From an uncultured Acetobacteraceae bacterium (lineage in GTDB: Bacteria; Pseudomonadota; Alphaproteobacteria; Acetobacterales; Acetobacteraceae): DNA of 64,000 nucleotides. The position numbers were made by a program, and so were the translations under genes. Below the pieces are notes generated by a model, which did not search any database, was not told where the DNA came from, and saw only the letters and a program-made list of their open reading frames with translations. The stretch spans positions 5,582-69,581 of the forward strand of contig CAIYDT010000276.1 of NCBI GenBank assembly GCA_903924985.1, read 5' to 3'. Positions 50,821 to 60,077 of the stretch are shown here, piece after piece. Every line of letters begins with the position of its first letter. Position 1 is the stretch's first letter.

Positions 50821-51803
50821 TCCGCTGCGTCGACCCGCGAGCTGCTGGACGCATAGTGCTCTACCAAATAGAGCGGCCGGCGTTTGGTCTCGTTGAAGAT
50901 TCGGCCGAGGTACTCCCCAATTACGCCCAATGTCACCAACTGAACCCCACCGAGGAACAGCATCACCGTCATCAGGCTGGGGTAGCCAGCGACCTCATTG
51001 CCCCGGATCAAGGTCTTCACCACCACCTCCACCCCGTAGATCACCGACAGCAGTGCGACGACCAGACCGAGGTAGGTAGCGACCTTCAGCGGCATAACCG
51101 TAAAGCTGGTGATGCCCTCAAGGGCGAAATTCCATAGCCGCCAATAGTTCCATTTGGTCTCCCCCGCGTGCCGGGGCGCTCGATCGTACAGCACGGTGGT
51201 GGTGGGGAAACCGACCCAGGCGAACAGGCCTTTCATGAACCGGTGCTGCTCGCGCAACTGCGCCACGGCATCGACCACACGGCGGCTCATGAGCCGAAAA
51301 TCGCCTGTGTCTGCCGGCAATTTCACCCGGCCGGCATGACGCATCAGGCGGTAAAACATGTGGGCACTGGCGCGTTTCAAGCGGGTTTCTCCCTCTCGTA
51401 CCCGGCGTTGGGCGTTGACCATGTCGAAACCCTGCCGCCAGGCGGCAACCAAAGCGGGGATCGTCTCCGGCGGGTCCTGCAGATCGGCGTCGATCACGAT
51501 CACCGCGTCCCCCGAGGCGTGATCCAGACCGGCGGTGGTGGCGATTTCCTTGCCGAAGTTACGCGAAAGGGCGAGCACCGCGACGCGGGAATCGCCGCCG
51601 CGCAGGGCCTCGATCACCGCCCGCGTACCGTCGGTGCTGCCGTCATCGACATAGATCGCCTCCCACGCGCCAAGCTTGTCCATGACCGAACGCAATCGGG
51701 CGTGGAACACGGCCAGACTCGGGGCCTCATTGAAGGCCGGGACCACCACCGAGAATTCGGGGCGGGTGCGGGACGAAAAAAAGGTCTGCGCGACGTCAAA
51801 CAT
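50817..51803 (-). CDS. Bactoprenol-phosphate glycosyltransferase (GT2, GtrB-like)
   Basis: VVVPAFNE, VDDGSTDGT, SRNFGKE, IDADLQDPP, TGDFRLMSR, RFMKGLFAWVGF, two C-terminal TM segments, GEYLGRIF.E.K.RP.Y. Confidence 0.93.
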   Translation of the reverse strand: MFDVAQTFFSSRTRPEFSVVVPAFNEAPSLAVFHARLRSVMDKLGAWEAIYVDDGSTDGTRAVIEALRGGDSRVAVLALSRNFGKEIATTAGLDHASGDAVIVIDADLQDPPETIPALVAAWRQGFDMVNAQRRVREGETRLKRASAHMFYRLMRHAGRVKLPADTGDFRLMSRRVVDAVAQLREQHRFMKGLFAWVGFPTTTVLYDRAPRHAGETKWNYWRLWNFALEGITSFTVMPLKVATYLGLVVALLSVIYGVEVVVKTLIRGNEVAGYPSLMTVMLFLGGVQLVTLGVIGEYLGRIFNETKRRPLYLVEHYASSSSRVDAAE

Positions 51804-51856
51804 AGGGCAATTCGTTAACCTTTGATCGGTAGGCTGGGATTGTGCACCTGGAAAGG

Positions 51857-51872
51857 TTAATCCTTGGTTAAC
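51857..51872. promoter_or_regulatory. Perfect CtrA box in the divergent GT2/GT-C promoter region
   Basis: TTAA-TCCTTGG-TTAAC; an additional GTTAAC half-site at 51814-51819. Confidence 0.7.
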
Positions 51873-53393
51873 GCCCGCGAAGATTTCTTGGCCCGCTGCA
51901 TGGTTTTGTTGCTGGCCGCTATCGTGCTGACCGCCGCCGCCTGGCACCGGGGGGCGGAGTACGACGAGCAGTACACAATGTTCGTGACGTCCGGCACGCC
52001 CCGCCCCATCTGGCCGGAGGCAGCGTTTCCGGCCGCCGATGTCATTCGTGTTCAGGCAGGGCACGCCGGGCTGGCCACGATCGCGGAGGATCTGCGGCGC
52101 ACGGACGTGCACCCGCCGCTGTATTTCTGGGCTGTGGCGGTTTGGCGCTGGATCGTGGGCGACAGGCTGTTCGCGGTTCGGTTGCTGTCAGTGGTGTGCA
52201 GCCTGGGTGCCTTGGCCACCGTGGGGCCAATCGCGCGACGGTGTGGGATTTCGGTACCGCTGGCGATGCTGCTGACGTTCGGGTGCTACGGATTCGCCTA
52301 CACCGGCGCTATCGCTCGGGGTTTTGCCTTGGCGCAGTTGCTGACGCTGGTCGGGATAGTCGGTGCGCTGTCGGGGCGTCGGCTTCTGGGGGGGGCGTTG
52401 CTTGGGGCCGCGGTGGCGACGAATTATCTGGCGGTATTTGTGGGGGGGGCGGCACTTGTTGTGTTTACCGTCATGCCGGGGGAAGGCCCACCATCCACGA
52501 CTTGCGATGTTGGCACACGGAAAGCCATGGATGGTGGGCCTTCCCCCGGCATGACGGTAAAATTGGGGGCCGGATTCCTGCCGCCCGTCCTGATCGCCGC
52601 ATGGTTCTTCCTCGCCCAAAGGACCAGCCGAACCGGGCAGTTCCCGCCCTTCGAATTGCTGCCGGCCTTGGTTCGGATGGCGCGGTACGGCGCCGCGAAC
52701 CTGTCGGGTGGGCTACCATTATATGTGTCCGACACCGCCCGCCCGGCGGTAACCGGCACCTTGGCGTTCGGCCTCGTGGCTCTGACCGCTTTAATGATTC
52801 GACGCTGGCAGCGCATCGCGACACCCAAAATACGCGTGTTTTTAACAGCCGCCGCGCTCGCCACACCGCTCGGCCTCCTCGCACTGGGGATCGTTTTCAA
52901 CAACACCCCCATCGAACTCCGCTATCTGTCCTTCGCCACGCCCTTCGTCGCCTTGCTGGTCGCGGGTGCCCACCCAGGGCGGCTTGTACTCGCCGGCATA
53001 TTCGCGGTGCAGACAGCCTCGATCGCCGGGCTGGCGCTGCGCCCGGAAACCATGCAGCCCGCCCGAGCCACCGCGATGGCCGCCGCTGCCTTGGCGAAAG
53101 ACGGCGTGGTGCTGGTTCCGCGCGGCAACGATGGGGCCGGTATCGTTGGGGCCTTCGGGACGGAGGCTCCCCTTGCCCTGCCCCTGCTGATCGTCGGCCC
53201 CGACGAAACCCTGGCCCGGATACGCGCCCGAACCGCCCCTTTCCGTCGGGTAGTGCTTGCATTGCTCACCCAGGACGCCACCAGCCAAGCCACAGTGCCC
53301 GCCATGCGCGCCGCCTTCGCGACCCCGGACTGGCGCGAAGCCGGGATCGGGTTAAACGTCGTGGCGTATGAGCGCGTCAGCGATAAGGAGTGA
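51864..53393 (+). CDS. GT-C (GT39/PMT-like) membrane glycosyltransferase carrying an in-frame palindromic insertion
   Basis: YDE motif after TM1, DVHPPLYFW, RLLS, ELRY; polytopic. The start may be ATG 51900. Confidence 0.8.
   Translation: MVNAREDFLARCMVLLLAAIVLTAAAWHRGAEYDEQYTMFVTSGTPRPIWPEAAFPAADVIRVQAGHAGLATIAEDLRRTDVHPPLYFWAVAVWRWIVGDRLFAVRLLSVVCSLGALATVGPIARRCGISVPLAMLLTFGCYGFAYTGAIARGFALAQLLTLVGIVGALSGRRLLGGALLGAAVATNYLAVFVGGAALVVFTVMPGEGPPSTTCDVGTRKAMDGGPSPGMTVKLGAGFLPPVLIAAWFFLAQRTSRTGQFPPFELLPALVRMARYGAANLSGGLPLYVSDTARPAVTGTLAFGLVALTALMIRRWQRIATPKIRVFLTAAALATPLGLLALGIVFNNTPIELRYLSFATPFVALLVAGAHPGRLVLAGIFAVQTASIAGLALRPETMQPARATAMAAAALAKDGVVLVPRGNDGAGIVGAFGTEAPLALPLLIVGPDETLARIRARTAPFRRVVLALLTQDATSQATVPAMRAAFATPDWREAGIGLNVVAYERVSDKE
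52464..52561. repeat. REP-like palindromic element inside a CDS
   Basis: Perfect 34-bp arms TTTACCGTCATGCCGGGGGAAGGCCCACCATCCA (52464-52497) and reverse complement (52528-52561), 30-nt spacer. Confidence 0.9.
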
Positions 53394-53396
53394 CCA

Positions 53397-53520
53397 ATGT
53401 TCTTCGAGGGGTTTACGCTGGCGGTAATCCCGGTGCCCGGCGATGATGCAGTGGGGATCGAAGGGGCAGATCGGCCGCTGGTACGACCCGTTGTCGTGGC
53501 TCGAACGGTTCTTGGGCTGA
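53397..53520 (+). pseudogene. Collapsed remnant of a haloacetate-dehalogenase-like alpha/beta hydrolase gene
   Basis: MFFEGFTLAVIPVP (N-terminus) joined out of frame to CPAMMQWGSKGQIGRWYDPLS-WLERFLG-stop (C-terminal pieces). Confidence 0.55.
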
Positions 53521-53521
53521 C

Positions 53522-54343
53522 ATGCACTGGCTGACGTGGGCGGCCGGGACCCCGCTGCTCCTCTATATACTCGTTCTGACGGGGCTGTACGCCTTCCAGC
53601 GCCGACTGCTATTTATCCCGGACACCAGCGTGCCGGACCCTGTGCGTGCCGGTCTGGCGGATGTCGCGGTGCTGCATATCCCCACGGATGACGGCCTGTC
53701 CCTGCTGGCCTGGTACGTCTCGCCGCCGCGGCCGGACGGGTTCACGGTGCTGCTGCTGCACGGCAACGCTGGCAACATCGCGCATCGTGCCGGACGGCTG
53801 CGAGCCATGCAGGAGCGCGGCTGGGGGGTGTTGCTGCTGGAATATCGCGGCTACGGCGGCAATGCTGGCTCCCCCACCGAGATGGGGCTGATGCTGGACG
53901 CCCGAGCCGGGTTGGCGGAATTGCGGCAGCGGGGCGTTTCCCCTGATCGCACCTTGCTGTGGGGTGAATCGCTTGGCACTGGTCTGGCAATTTGGCTGGC
54001 GGCGGAAAAACCGGTCGCGGCAGTGCTGTTGGATGGGCCCTATACCAGCATCGTCGATGCCGCCCAGAGGCAATACCCCTACGTGCCGGTGCGTGCACTG
54101 TTAAAGGACCGGTTCGATTCTCTGTCCCGCATCGGGCGCGTGACGGCGCCGATTCTGGTCATGCAGGGGTCGCTCGACCGGCTGGTGCCGCCGGCGATGG
54201 GACGCAAGCTGATGGCGGCTGCAAACGCACCGACCGAATTGTGGGTGGCGGAAGGCGTCGGGCACGAGGACCTCGGCCCGTTCGGCGCGGTGGAGGCGGC
54301 GTCTTCGTTTGTAGAAAAGCGGTGCCCGAGACCGCCGCGTTAG
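53522..54343 (+). CDS. Alpha/beta hydrolase (BEM46/ABHD13-like)
   Basis: N-terminal TM, QRRLLF.P, LHGNAGN, EYRGYG, GESLG nucleophile, D and GH triad residues. Confidence 0.9.
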   Translation: MHWLTWAAGTPLLLYILVLTGLYAFQRRLLFIPDTSVPDPVRAGLADVAVLHIPTDDGLSLLAWYVSPPRPDGFTVLLLHGNAGNIAHRAGRLRAMQERGWGVLLLEYRGYGGNAGSPTEMGLMLDARAGLAELRQRGVSPDRTLLWGESLGTGLAIWLAAEKPVAAVLLDGPYTSIVDAAQRQYPYVPVRALLKDRFDSLSRIGRVTAPILVMQGSLDRLVPPAMGRKLMAAANAPTELWVAEGVGHEDLGPFGAVEAASSFVEKRCPRPPR

Positions 54344-54380
54344 GCGATAATCGACGGCGACTCGTTCCCGGGATACTGAA

Positions 54381-55265
54381 ATGGATACCAGCGCCGCCCT
54401 CAAAGCCTTCGCTGCCGACGACAATACGGTTCTGATACCGGCACTCCGGTGGTCTTTCGATCACTGGGACGAAGCGTTCCCGGCGTTTCTGTCGCTGCTC
54501 GAGACCTATCCGGTCGGCGTCGTGGCCGACAAAGACACGTCCTGGGCTGCCTATTTTATCCTGCATCTCTGCGGCGACATGGCGGAGAAGCGAGTATTCC
54601 CGGTCTTATGCCGCCAGTTGCTGTCTCCGGTCACGGCGGACGATTTGCTGGGGGACGCGACGACGGAAACCCTCGCAGGCATTCTTATCCGCACCTACGC
54701 TGGCGATGTTGCACCTTTGATGGCCGTCATCGAAACCCCTGGTGCCGACGAATTCGTCCGCGACGCCGCGCTGAAGGCGATGGCATATCTGACACGTTCG
54801 GGTGCGATCCCGGAGATGGCGATGCGGTTCCATCTGGCGCATCTCGCGAACCATCTGCTGCCGCGGACAAAGGACTTTGTTTGGGTGGGGCTGGCGACGG
54901 CGATTGCCGCACTGGGTTATGCTGACCTCCGCCCCATTGTGCATGCGATCTATGAGGAAGGCCTGATCGACGATTTCGCATTCGCGGAAACGGACTTCGA
55001 GGCCGACTTACAACGCGCCCTGAACGACCCGACCAGGATGGCGGTGTTCCACGACCACGACATCAAGCCGCATACCGATACCATAGCGATGATCGAGATG
55101 TGGGCGGCGCGCGACGAAAAGCTGAGGGTGTGGAAACCGAAACCCGAACCACGGTATGAGAACCCCGATCAGCGCATCGTCCGGCACCGCAACGTCGGCC
55201 GCAACGACCCCTGCCCCTGTGGCAGCGGTAAGAAGCATAAGAAGTGCTGCCTGATGGCGGCCTAG
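54381..55265 (+). CDS. DUF1186-like protein with C-terminal SEC-C zinc motif
   Basis: LGD.TTE, DEFVR.AA..A; C-terminal [19 protein letters not shown]. Confidence 0.85.
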   Translation: MDTSAALKAFAADDNTVLIPALRWSFDHWDEAFPAFLSLLETYPVGVVADKDTSWAAYFILHLCGDMAEKRVFPVLCRQLLSPVTADDLLGDATTETLAGILIRTYAGDVAPLMAVIETPGADEFVRDAALKAMAYLTRSGAIPEMAMRFHLAHLANHLLPRTKDFVWVGLATAIAALGYADLRPIVHAIYEEGLIDDFAFAETDFEADLQRALNDPTRMAVFHDHDIKPHTDTIAMIEMWAARDEKLRVWKPKPEPRYENPDQRIVRHRNVGRNDPCPCGSGKKHKKCCLMAA

Positions 55266-55768
55266 AGCCCCGGCACCACCAGGAACAAATCCGTGTCCCC
55301 CGGATCGACGCCGCACATGGTCAGCGCGGCATGCGCCTGGCCACGGTGGTGCGTCTGGTGGTTGAAGAAATGTACCATCAGGCCGCGCTTCTCCTTACGC
55401 ATCTCCTTCTTGGCCGCGCCGCTCCACCACGTCAGGTCCTCGGCCAGCCAGGCTTCGTCGATGCGGGCGGCGAAGGCTTCGATCTTGGCGTCAGCCGCGA
55501 CGCGTTCGGCACGTAGTTCGCCGAAGTCGTGGATCAGGGTGGGGCTTTGCGGGTTGGGAATAGTGTTCGGCGGCCAGCCGTCCAGCCGGGACATCCATTG
55601 CCGGTCGCCCCACAGCAGGTGGCACAGCGTGCCGTGCAGCGATTGCCAGAACAGACCCTGATCGGCGCGCCGTTGCTCGTCGGTCAGTTGCGCGGCGGCG
55701 GCGTAGATGCGGCGGTTCATCTCACTGTTGTACTGCGCCATGACGCGGATATAGGCGGGCGTGATCAT
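55262..55768 (-). CDS. DinB family protein
   Basis: [36 protein letters not shown]. Confidence 0.92.
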   Translation of the reverse strand: MITPAYIRVMAQYNSEMNRRIYAAAAQLTDEQRRADQGLFWQSLHGTLCHLLWGDRQWMSRLDGWPPNTIPNPQSPTLIHDFGELRAERVAADAKIEAFAARIDEAWLAEDLTWWSGAAKKEMRKEKRGLMVHFFNHQTHHRGQAHAALTMCGVDPGDTDLFLVVPGL

Positions 55769-55857
55769 CGGTTGCTCTCCCCTCCGGCACCAACCTCGGG
55801 TTGCCACTGCCCCCGCGTCAAGCCAGGATTTTAGCCCACACGACGGCGGAGGCCGAT

Positions 55858-56703
55858 TTGGCGCAAAAACTACTGGTCTACCAATCGCTCTGGGCGATGG
55901 AGCGGCGCCTGGCGGACGAGCCGGAATACCCCATCCAGCGCCAGTTGGAGATGATCCGCGACGCCGGCTTCGACGGTTGCGGCGTGCGCTTCGTTGACCC
56001 AGCGTTCGCCCGCGAGGTCACCGGCTTCCTGCGCGCCAACAACATGACCTGGCAGGCGCAATGCTACCCCAGGTCCGTCGCCGATCTGGCGTCGGTTCTG
56101 GCGTTGGCGAAGGAACTCGGCGCCGATCACGTCAACCTGCAACCGGACGTGCGCCCGTACCGGCTGGAGGACTGTATCCCCTACATCGACGGCTGGCGCC
56201 GCATGGCCGCTGAGGCCGAGGTGCCGGTGCATATCGAGACTCACCGCGACCGCATGACCACCGATCTTTTTCTCATGCTGCATCTCCTGGATTGTTTCCC
56301 CGATCTGCGGCTGACCGGCGACATCTCCCACTATTTGCTCGGCCGGGAATTCGCCTGGCCGGTCAGCGAGGAAAACCACGCGCTGATGCACCGCGTTCTG
56401 GACAATTGCTGGGGCCTGCACGGCCGCGTCGCGACCCGCGAGCAGATCCAGGTCAGCCTGAATTTCCCGCAGCACCAAGGGTGGGTCGATTTGTTCATGG
56501 GGTGGTGGGAGTACGCCATCCGATCATGGCGCCGCCGCGCCGGACCCGACGCGGCGCTGACGTTCCTGTGCGAGCTTGGGCCCCCGCCCTACGCGATCAC
56601 CGGGCCAGACGGGCGGGAGAATTACGACCGGTGGACCGAATCCCTCCAAATGAAGGACATGATCCGGGGATTGTGGACTCGGATCGTCGTGGAGGACGGC
56701 TGA
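55858..56703 (+). CDS. Sugar phosphate isomerase/epimerase (xylose-isomerase-like TIM barrel)
   Basis: QSLWAM, ETHRDR, GD.SHY, HGRVA.REQ.Q, CELGPP.YA; TTG start after SD GGAGG. Confidence 0.8.
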   Translation: MAQKLLVYQSLWAMERRLADEPEYPIQRQLEMIRDAGFDGCGVRFVDPAFAREVTGFLRANNMTWQAQCYPRSVADLASVLALAKELGADHVNLQPDVRPYRLEDCIPYIDGWRRMAAEAEVPVHIETHRDRMTTDLFLMLHLLDCFPDLRLTGDISHYLLGREFAWPVSEENHALMHRVLDNCWGLHGRVATREQIQVSLNFPQHQGWVDLFMGWWEYAIRSWRRRAGPDAALTFLCELGPPPYAITGPDGRENYDRWTESLQMKDMIRGLWTRIVVEDG

Positions 56704-57696
56704 TCAAGCGAGCCGCTTCCAGAAAAATACCGTGTCGCCGAACGTCCCATCCATGCGCAGCGCATGCCCCGGCATCGTCCCCAGTTCGGTCCAGCCCATC
56801 GATCGATACAGGCGTTCCGCGCTGCCGCCAGCCTGGGTGTCCAGCAGCAGCAAAGGCCGGCCGGCACGCAAAGCCTCCTGCTCCAGCCGGGTCATCAGTG
56901 CTCGGGCCAGACCCTTGCGCCTGATCGTGGGGTCAACCAACAGCTTCGCGACCTCGGCACGGTGCGGCTGGTTTTCCGGCATTTCCATGGCCAGGGTGAC
57001 TGTCCCGGCCAGCACCCCGCCGGTCCAGGCCGCCAGGAGCACATGGGTGCCGGCCGCGACCTTGGTGGCGGTGCCACGCCAGAAGGCGCGCGCGGTTTCC
57101 AGTGCCAGCGGCGGCAGGAAGGAAACCCCCGCGCCCTCCGCCACGCAGCCGATCAGGATGCTGGACAGGTGCGGAATGGCCGAGGCAGCGGCGGCGGCAT
57201 CCAGGATTTCGATCCCCTCCACCGGCTTGGCATAAGCGTATTCGAGGGAGTCGGAGATGTCGTGCAAGACCCGGATTGGGCCGGAGCGGACGTAGGACCG
57301 CTTCTCATAGAACCGGTGCGCCCGGTCGAAACGGGTATCGGACCAGAGGGCCAGCCGTGTGGCACCCTTGGCGATCGCATGGGCTTCGGCCCGTTCCAGC
57401 AAGGCGTGGCCGAGACCGCTGCCATGCAGGTCGGGGGACACGTAAACCTTGCAGATTTCCCAGGTCCCGCCTTCGAGCGGTTTGGTCCCGATCATGCCGA
57501 CGACCGTGTCGTCCCGATTCGCCACCCATAGCGCACCGCCTTGGTCCGTATAGTAGGACGCGAGGGCGCGCAGATGCGGTTCCTCCCCATCCACATCGAG
57601 GATAACGCCGGGATAGAGTGACCAGCAGGCGAAAATCAGCCCGATGAAACCGGCCGCGTCGGTGTCACGGCCGGGGCGGATCGTCCAGTCGGTCAT
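56704..57696 (-). CDS. Tandem double GNAT acetyltransferase
   Basis: Domain 1: HGSGLG, WSDTRF..AHRFYE. Domain 2 (Ttr-like): NQPHRAEVAKLLV, RRKGLA, LLLDT, AERLY..GW. Confidence 0.88.
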   Translation of the reverse strand: MTDWTIRPGRDTDAAGFIGLIFACWSLYPGVILDVDGEEPHLRALASYYTDQGGALWVANRDDTVVGMIGTKPLEGGTWEICKVYVSPDLHGSGLGHALLERAEAHAIAKGATRLALWSDTRFDRAHRFYEKRSYVRSGPIRVLHDISDSLEYAYAKPVEGIEILDAAAAASAIPHLSSILIGCVAEGAGVSFLPPLALETARAFWRGTATKVAAGTHVLLAAWTGGVLAGTVTLAMEMPENQPHRAEVAKLLVDPTIRRKGLARALMTRLEQEALRAGRPLLLLDTQAGGSAERLYRSMGWTELGTMPGHALRMDGTFGDTVFFWKRLA

Positions 57697-58107
57697 TCAG
57701 CCGGGCATCTTGGGGAAGCTTTGCATCTCCCCGCCCAGGGACACCCAGGGCTGCATTGCCTCGCAGTAGATCTGCATGGCGGGCTTGACCCAGCTGGTGT
57801 CGTCCAGCGTGCCGACGCGGATGATCGACAGGCCGGGAGTCGCCTCGGCTTCCGAGGTAATGGTGGAGCCGCAGTTCGGGCAGAATTTCCGGAACACGGA
57901 TTTACCGCTGTCGCCCTTGCTTTCGTAGGTCTTCAGTTCGCCCTCGATGGACAAAGTGGCTGCGGGGACGGCGACCACGACATTGAAAGCGCTGCCGCTG
58001 TGACGCTGGCAATCCTTGCAGTGGCAGACGCCGGTAAAGGCCGGCTCAGACGCCGAGGATTCGTATCTGACTTTGCCGCAGGCGCAGTGTCCCTTGATGG
58101 CGGGCAT
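57697..58107 (-). CDS. GFA (CENP-V/glutathione-dependent formaldehyde-activating) family protein
   Basis: GHCACG, CHCKDCQR, FCPNCGS. Confidence 0.92.
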   Translation of the reverse strand: MPAIKGHCACGKVRYESSASEPAFTGVCHCKDCQRHSGSAFNVVVAVPAATLSIEGELKTYESKGDSGKSVFRKFCPNCGSTITSEAEATPGLSIIRVGTLDDTSWVKPAMQIYCEAMQPWVSLGGEMQSFPKMPG

Positions 58108-58185
58108 GGGTGAACTCCTGTTGGTGTTTTGCCTGTTCGCAGCCTGCCATGTCTCTGGGGGAACCAACCAGATGAAATCGCTTGG

Positions 58186-58527
58186 TCACAGAATCTTCGC
58201 CTCGAAGGGCGGGAGCATATCGGGGGTTTCGAACTCCAACACCCAGAGGTCGGGATCGAATTTCACCTGGCGGGCGACATACGCGTCCGCTGTTTCCTGA
58301 TCGACGGGTGTGGCGCCGGTGGCCCTGATCCAGGCTTGGCCTCCCTCGGGATCGGTCATGCGGGACAGCACGCACAAGAAGCCGTCCCGTCGGCGCAACA
58401 CCACCAGCAGGCCGCCCGCGTCGGGATCGCCCTTGCGCAGCACCGCGCCGGGCTTGCCATTGATGTCGCCCATGCGCAGGGCGATGCCGACCGTCAGGCT
58501 GGCTTTGACCCGCGGCGGGGGTGTCAT
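58186..58527 (-). CDS. DUF1491 family protein
   Basis: VLRKGDPDAG, D.YVARQ..FDPDLWVLE.E. Confidence 0.85.
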   Translation of the reverse strand: MTPPPRVKASLTVGIALRMGDINGKPGAVLRKGDPDAGGLLVVLRRRDGFLCVLSRMTDPEGGQAWIRATGATPVDQETADAYVARQVKFDPDLWVLEFETPDMLPPFEAKIL

Positions 58528-59228
58528 GGCAGCGCCAGACCGCCGCCCTCGATGGGCAACGCGTGGCCGGTGATACCGCGCGATTCCGGCCGCAGCAGCC
58601 ATACCACGGCGTCGGCGATTTCGGCGGGGGTGGCGATTCGGCCGGTGGGAACCCCGGCAGCAGCTTGTTCTTTGGTCATGCCTAGTTCTTTGTAACGGGA
58701 CTCCGCCATGGGCGTATCGACCCAGCCGGGGCAGATGGCGTTTACCGTTATGCCACGCGGCGCGAGAGCCAGGGCCAAGGATCGGGTGAACCCGACGACG
58801 GCGTGCTTGGCGGCGCAGTAGGCAGTTTGGTCCGGAACCCCCCGCAATCCAAGGACGGAGGCCATGTTGACGATCCGCCCGGTGTTGTCCGGCAGAAGCG
58901 GTAGCGCGGCCTTGCAGCAGTGGTAGGTACCGTGGAGGTTGCTGCCGATGATGGCGTGCCAGAGATCGTCGGTGCCGCTGAGATCGTTTGCACCAGCGCT
59001 GCCAGCATTGTTGATCAGAACATCGAGCTGTCCGAAGCGTTGTTTTATTTGCAAAAACAGCGTATTAACGGACGCAGCGTTAGCAACGTCACAGGGTATG
59101 AAATCCGGGTCCGGGTTGGCTGGCGGGTGACGGGCGGTGGTGACCACGCGGTAGCCACCCTGAGTCAGCCGCATGGCGATGGCGCGGCCGATGCCCCTCG
59201 TTCCGCCGGTGACGAGCGCTGTTCTCAT
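58524..59228 (-). CDS. SDR family oxidoreductase
   Basis: TGGTRGIG, NNAG, YCAAKH, CPGWVDT. Confidence 0.92.
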   Translation of the reverse strand: MRTALVTGGTRGIGRAIAMRLTQGGYRVVTTARHPPANPDPDFIPCDVANAASVNTLFLQIKQRFGQLDVLINNAGSAGANDLSGTDDLWHAIIGSNLHGTYHCCKAALPLLPDNTGRIVNMASVLGLRGVPDQTAYCAAKHAVVGFTRSLALALAPRGITVNAICPGWVDTPMAESRYKELGMTKEQAAAGVPTGRIATPAEIADAVVWLLRPESRGITGHALPIEGGGLALP

Positions 59229-59956
59229 TGCGCCGTCCCGCCGCCGTCGACCGGCATGACGATACCCGTGATGAAGGATGCCGCGTCGGAGGCGAGGAAG
59301 GCCACCGCGTTGGCGATCTCCTCCGGCTCCGCGAACCGCCCCATCGGAACCCCAGATTTGTAGAAATCGGACGACGAAACCGGGAACCGCTCGGGATATT
59401 GCTGCGCGAGGTTGCCGATCACCATGGCCAGCATGGCGGTGTCGGTGCTGCCGGGGGCAATGCAGTTCACCCGAATGCCGTGCCTCGCCCAGTCCAGCGC
59501 GGCGGAGCGGGAGAGCTGCGCGATGGCGCCCTTGGAGGCACCGTACGCCGCGCTCACCTGCTTGCCGATCAGCGCCTGGTCGGAGGCGATGTTCACGATG
59601 GCCCCCTTCCCTTTGGCGGCCATCCCAGGGATCACGGCGCGCATCAAGGCGTAGGCAGCGAGGAAGTTGACGCGAAAGACCTGCTCGACCTCATGCAGGG
59701 GCGTTTCGAGGACGGAACCGAGGACGGTGATGCCGGCGTTGTTGACGAGGATGTCGATGGGGCCTTTTTCGTCGATCAGGGTTTTCAGACGGGGCTCCAG
59801 CGTGTCGGTGTCCGCCAGGTCGAAATCCGGCAGGTCGAGGCCGATGACCTCCACCCCGTCGCGGGTCAGCACACGGGCGATGGCACCGCCGATGCCGCCA
59901 CGGTGGCCGGTAACGATGGCGCGCCGGCCGGATAGTCCGAAATTCAACATTTTCAT
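59225..59956 (-). CDS. SDR family oxidoreductase
   Basis: TGHRGGIG, NNAG, SDQ, YGASKG, VDGG.TAQ. Confidence 0.92.
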   Translation of the reverse strand: MKMLNFGLSGRRAIVTGHRGGIGGAIARVLTRDGVEVIGLDLPDFDLADTDTLEPRLKTLIDEKGPIDILVNNAGITVLGSVLETPLHEVEQVFRVNFLAAYALMRAVIPGMAAKGKGAIVNIASDQALIGKQVSAAYGASKGAIAQLSRSAALDWARHGIRVNCIAPGSTDTAMLAMVIGNLAQQYPERFPVSSSDFYKSGVPMGRFAEPEEIANAVAFLASDAASFITGIVMPVDGGGTAQ

Positions 59957-60077
59957 CCTCAAGCAATCGGTGCCATTCTGCGGCGATTATGCGGACGATA
60001 CTACATCGCTATGGTGCCAGTATTTCACGAGGTGGTCGGGCTCGGCCCGACTATGACGGTGCTGGTTGCCGGCCGGA

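Noticed and set aside
60036-60052. Small hairpin GTCGGGC-TCG-GCCCGAC upstream of the ABC ATPase; considered as a REP or riboswitch part
   Set aside because: Too short, and no TPP, FMN or other riboswitch consensus is visible.
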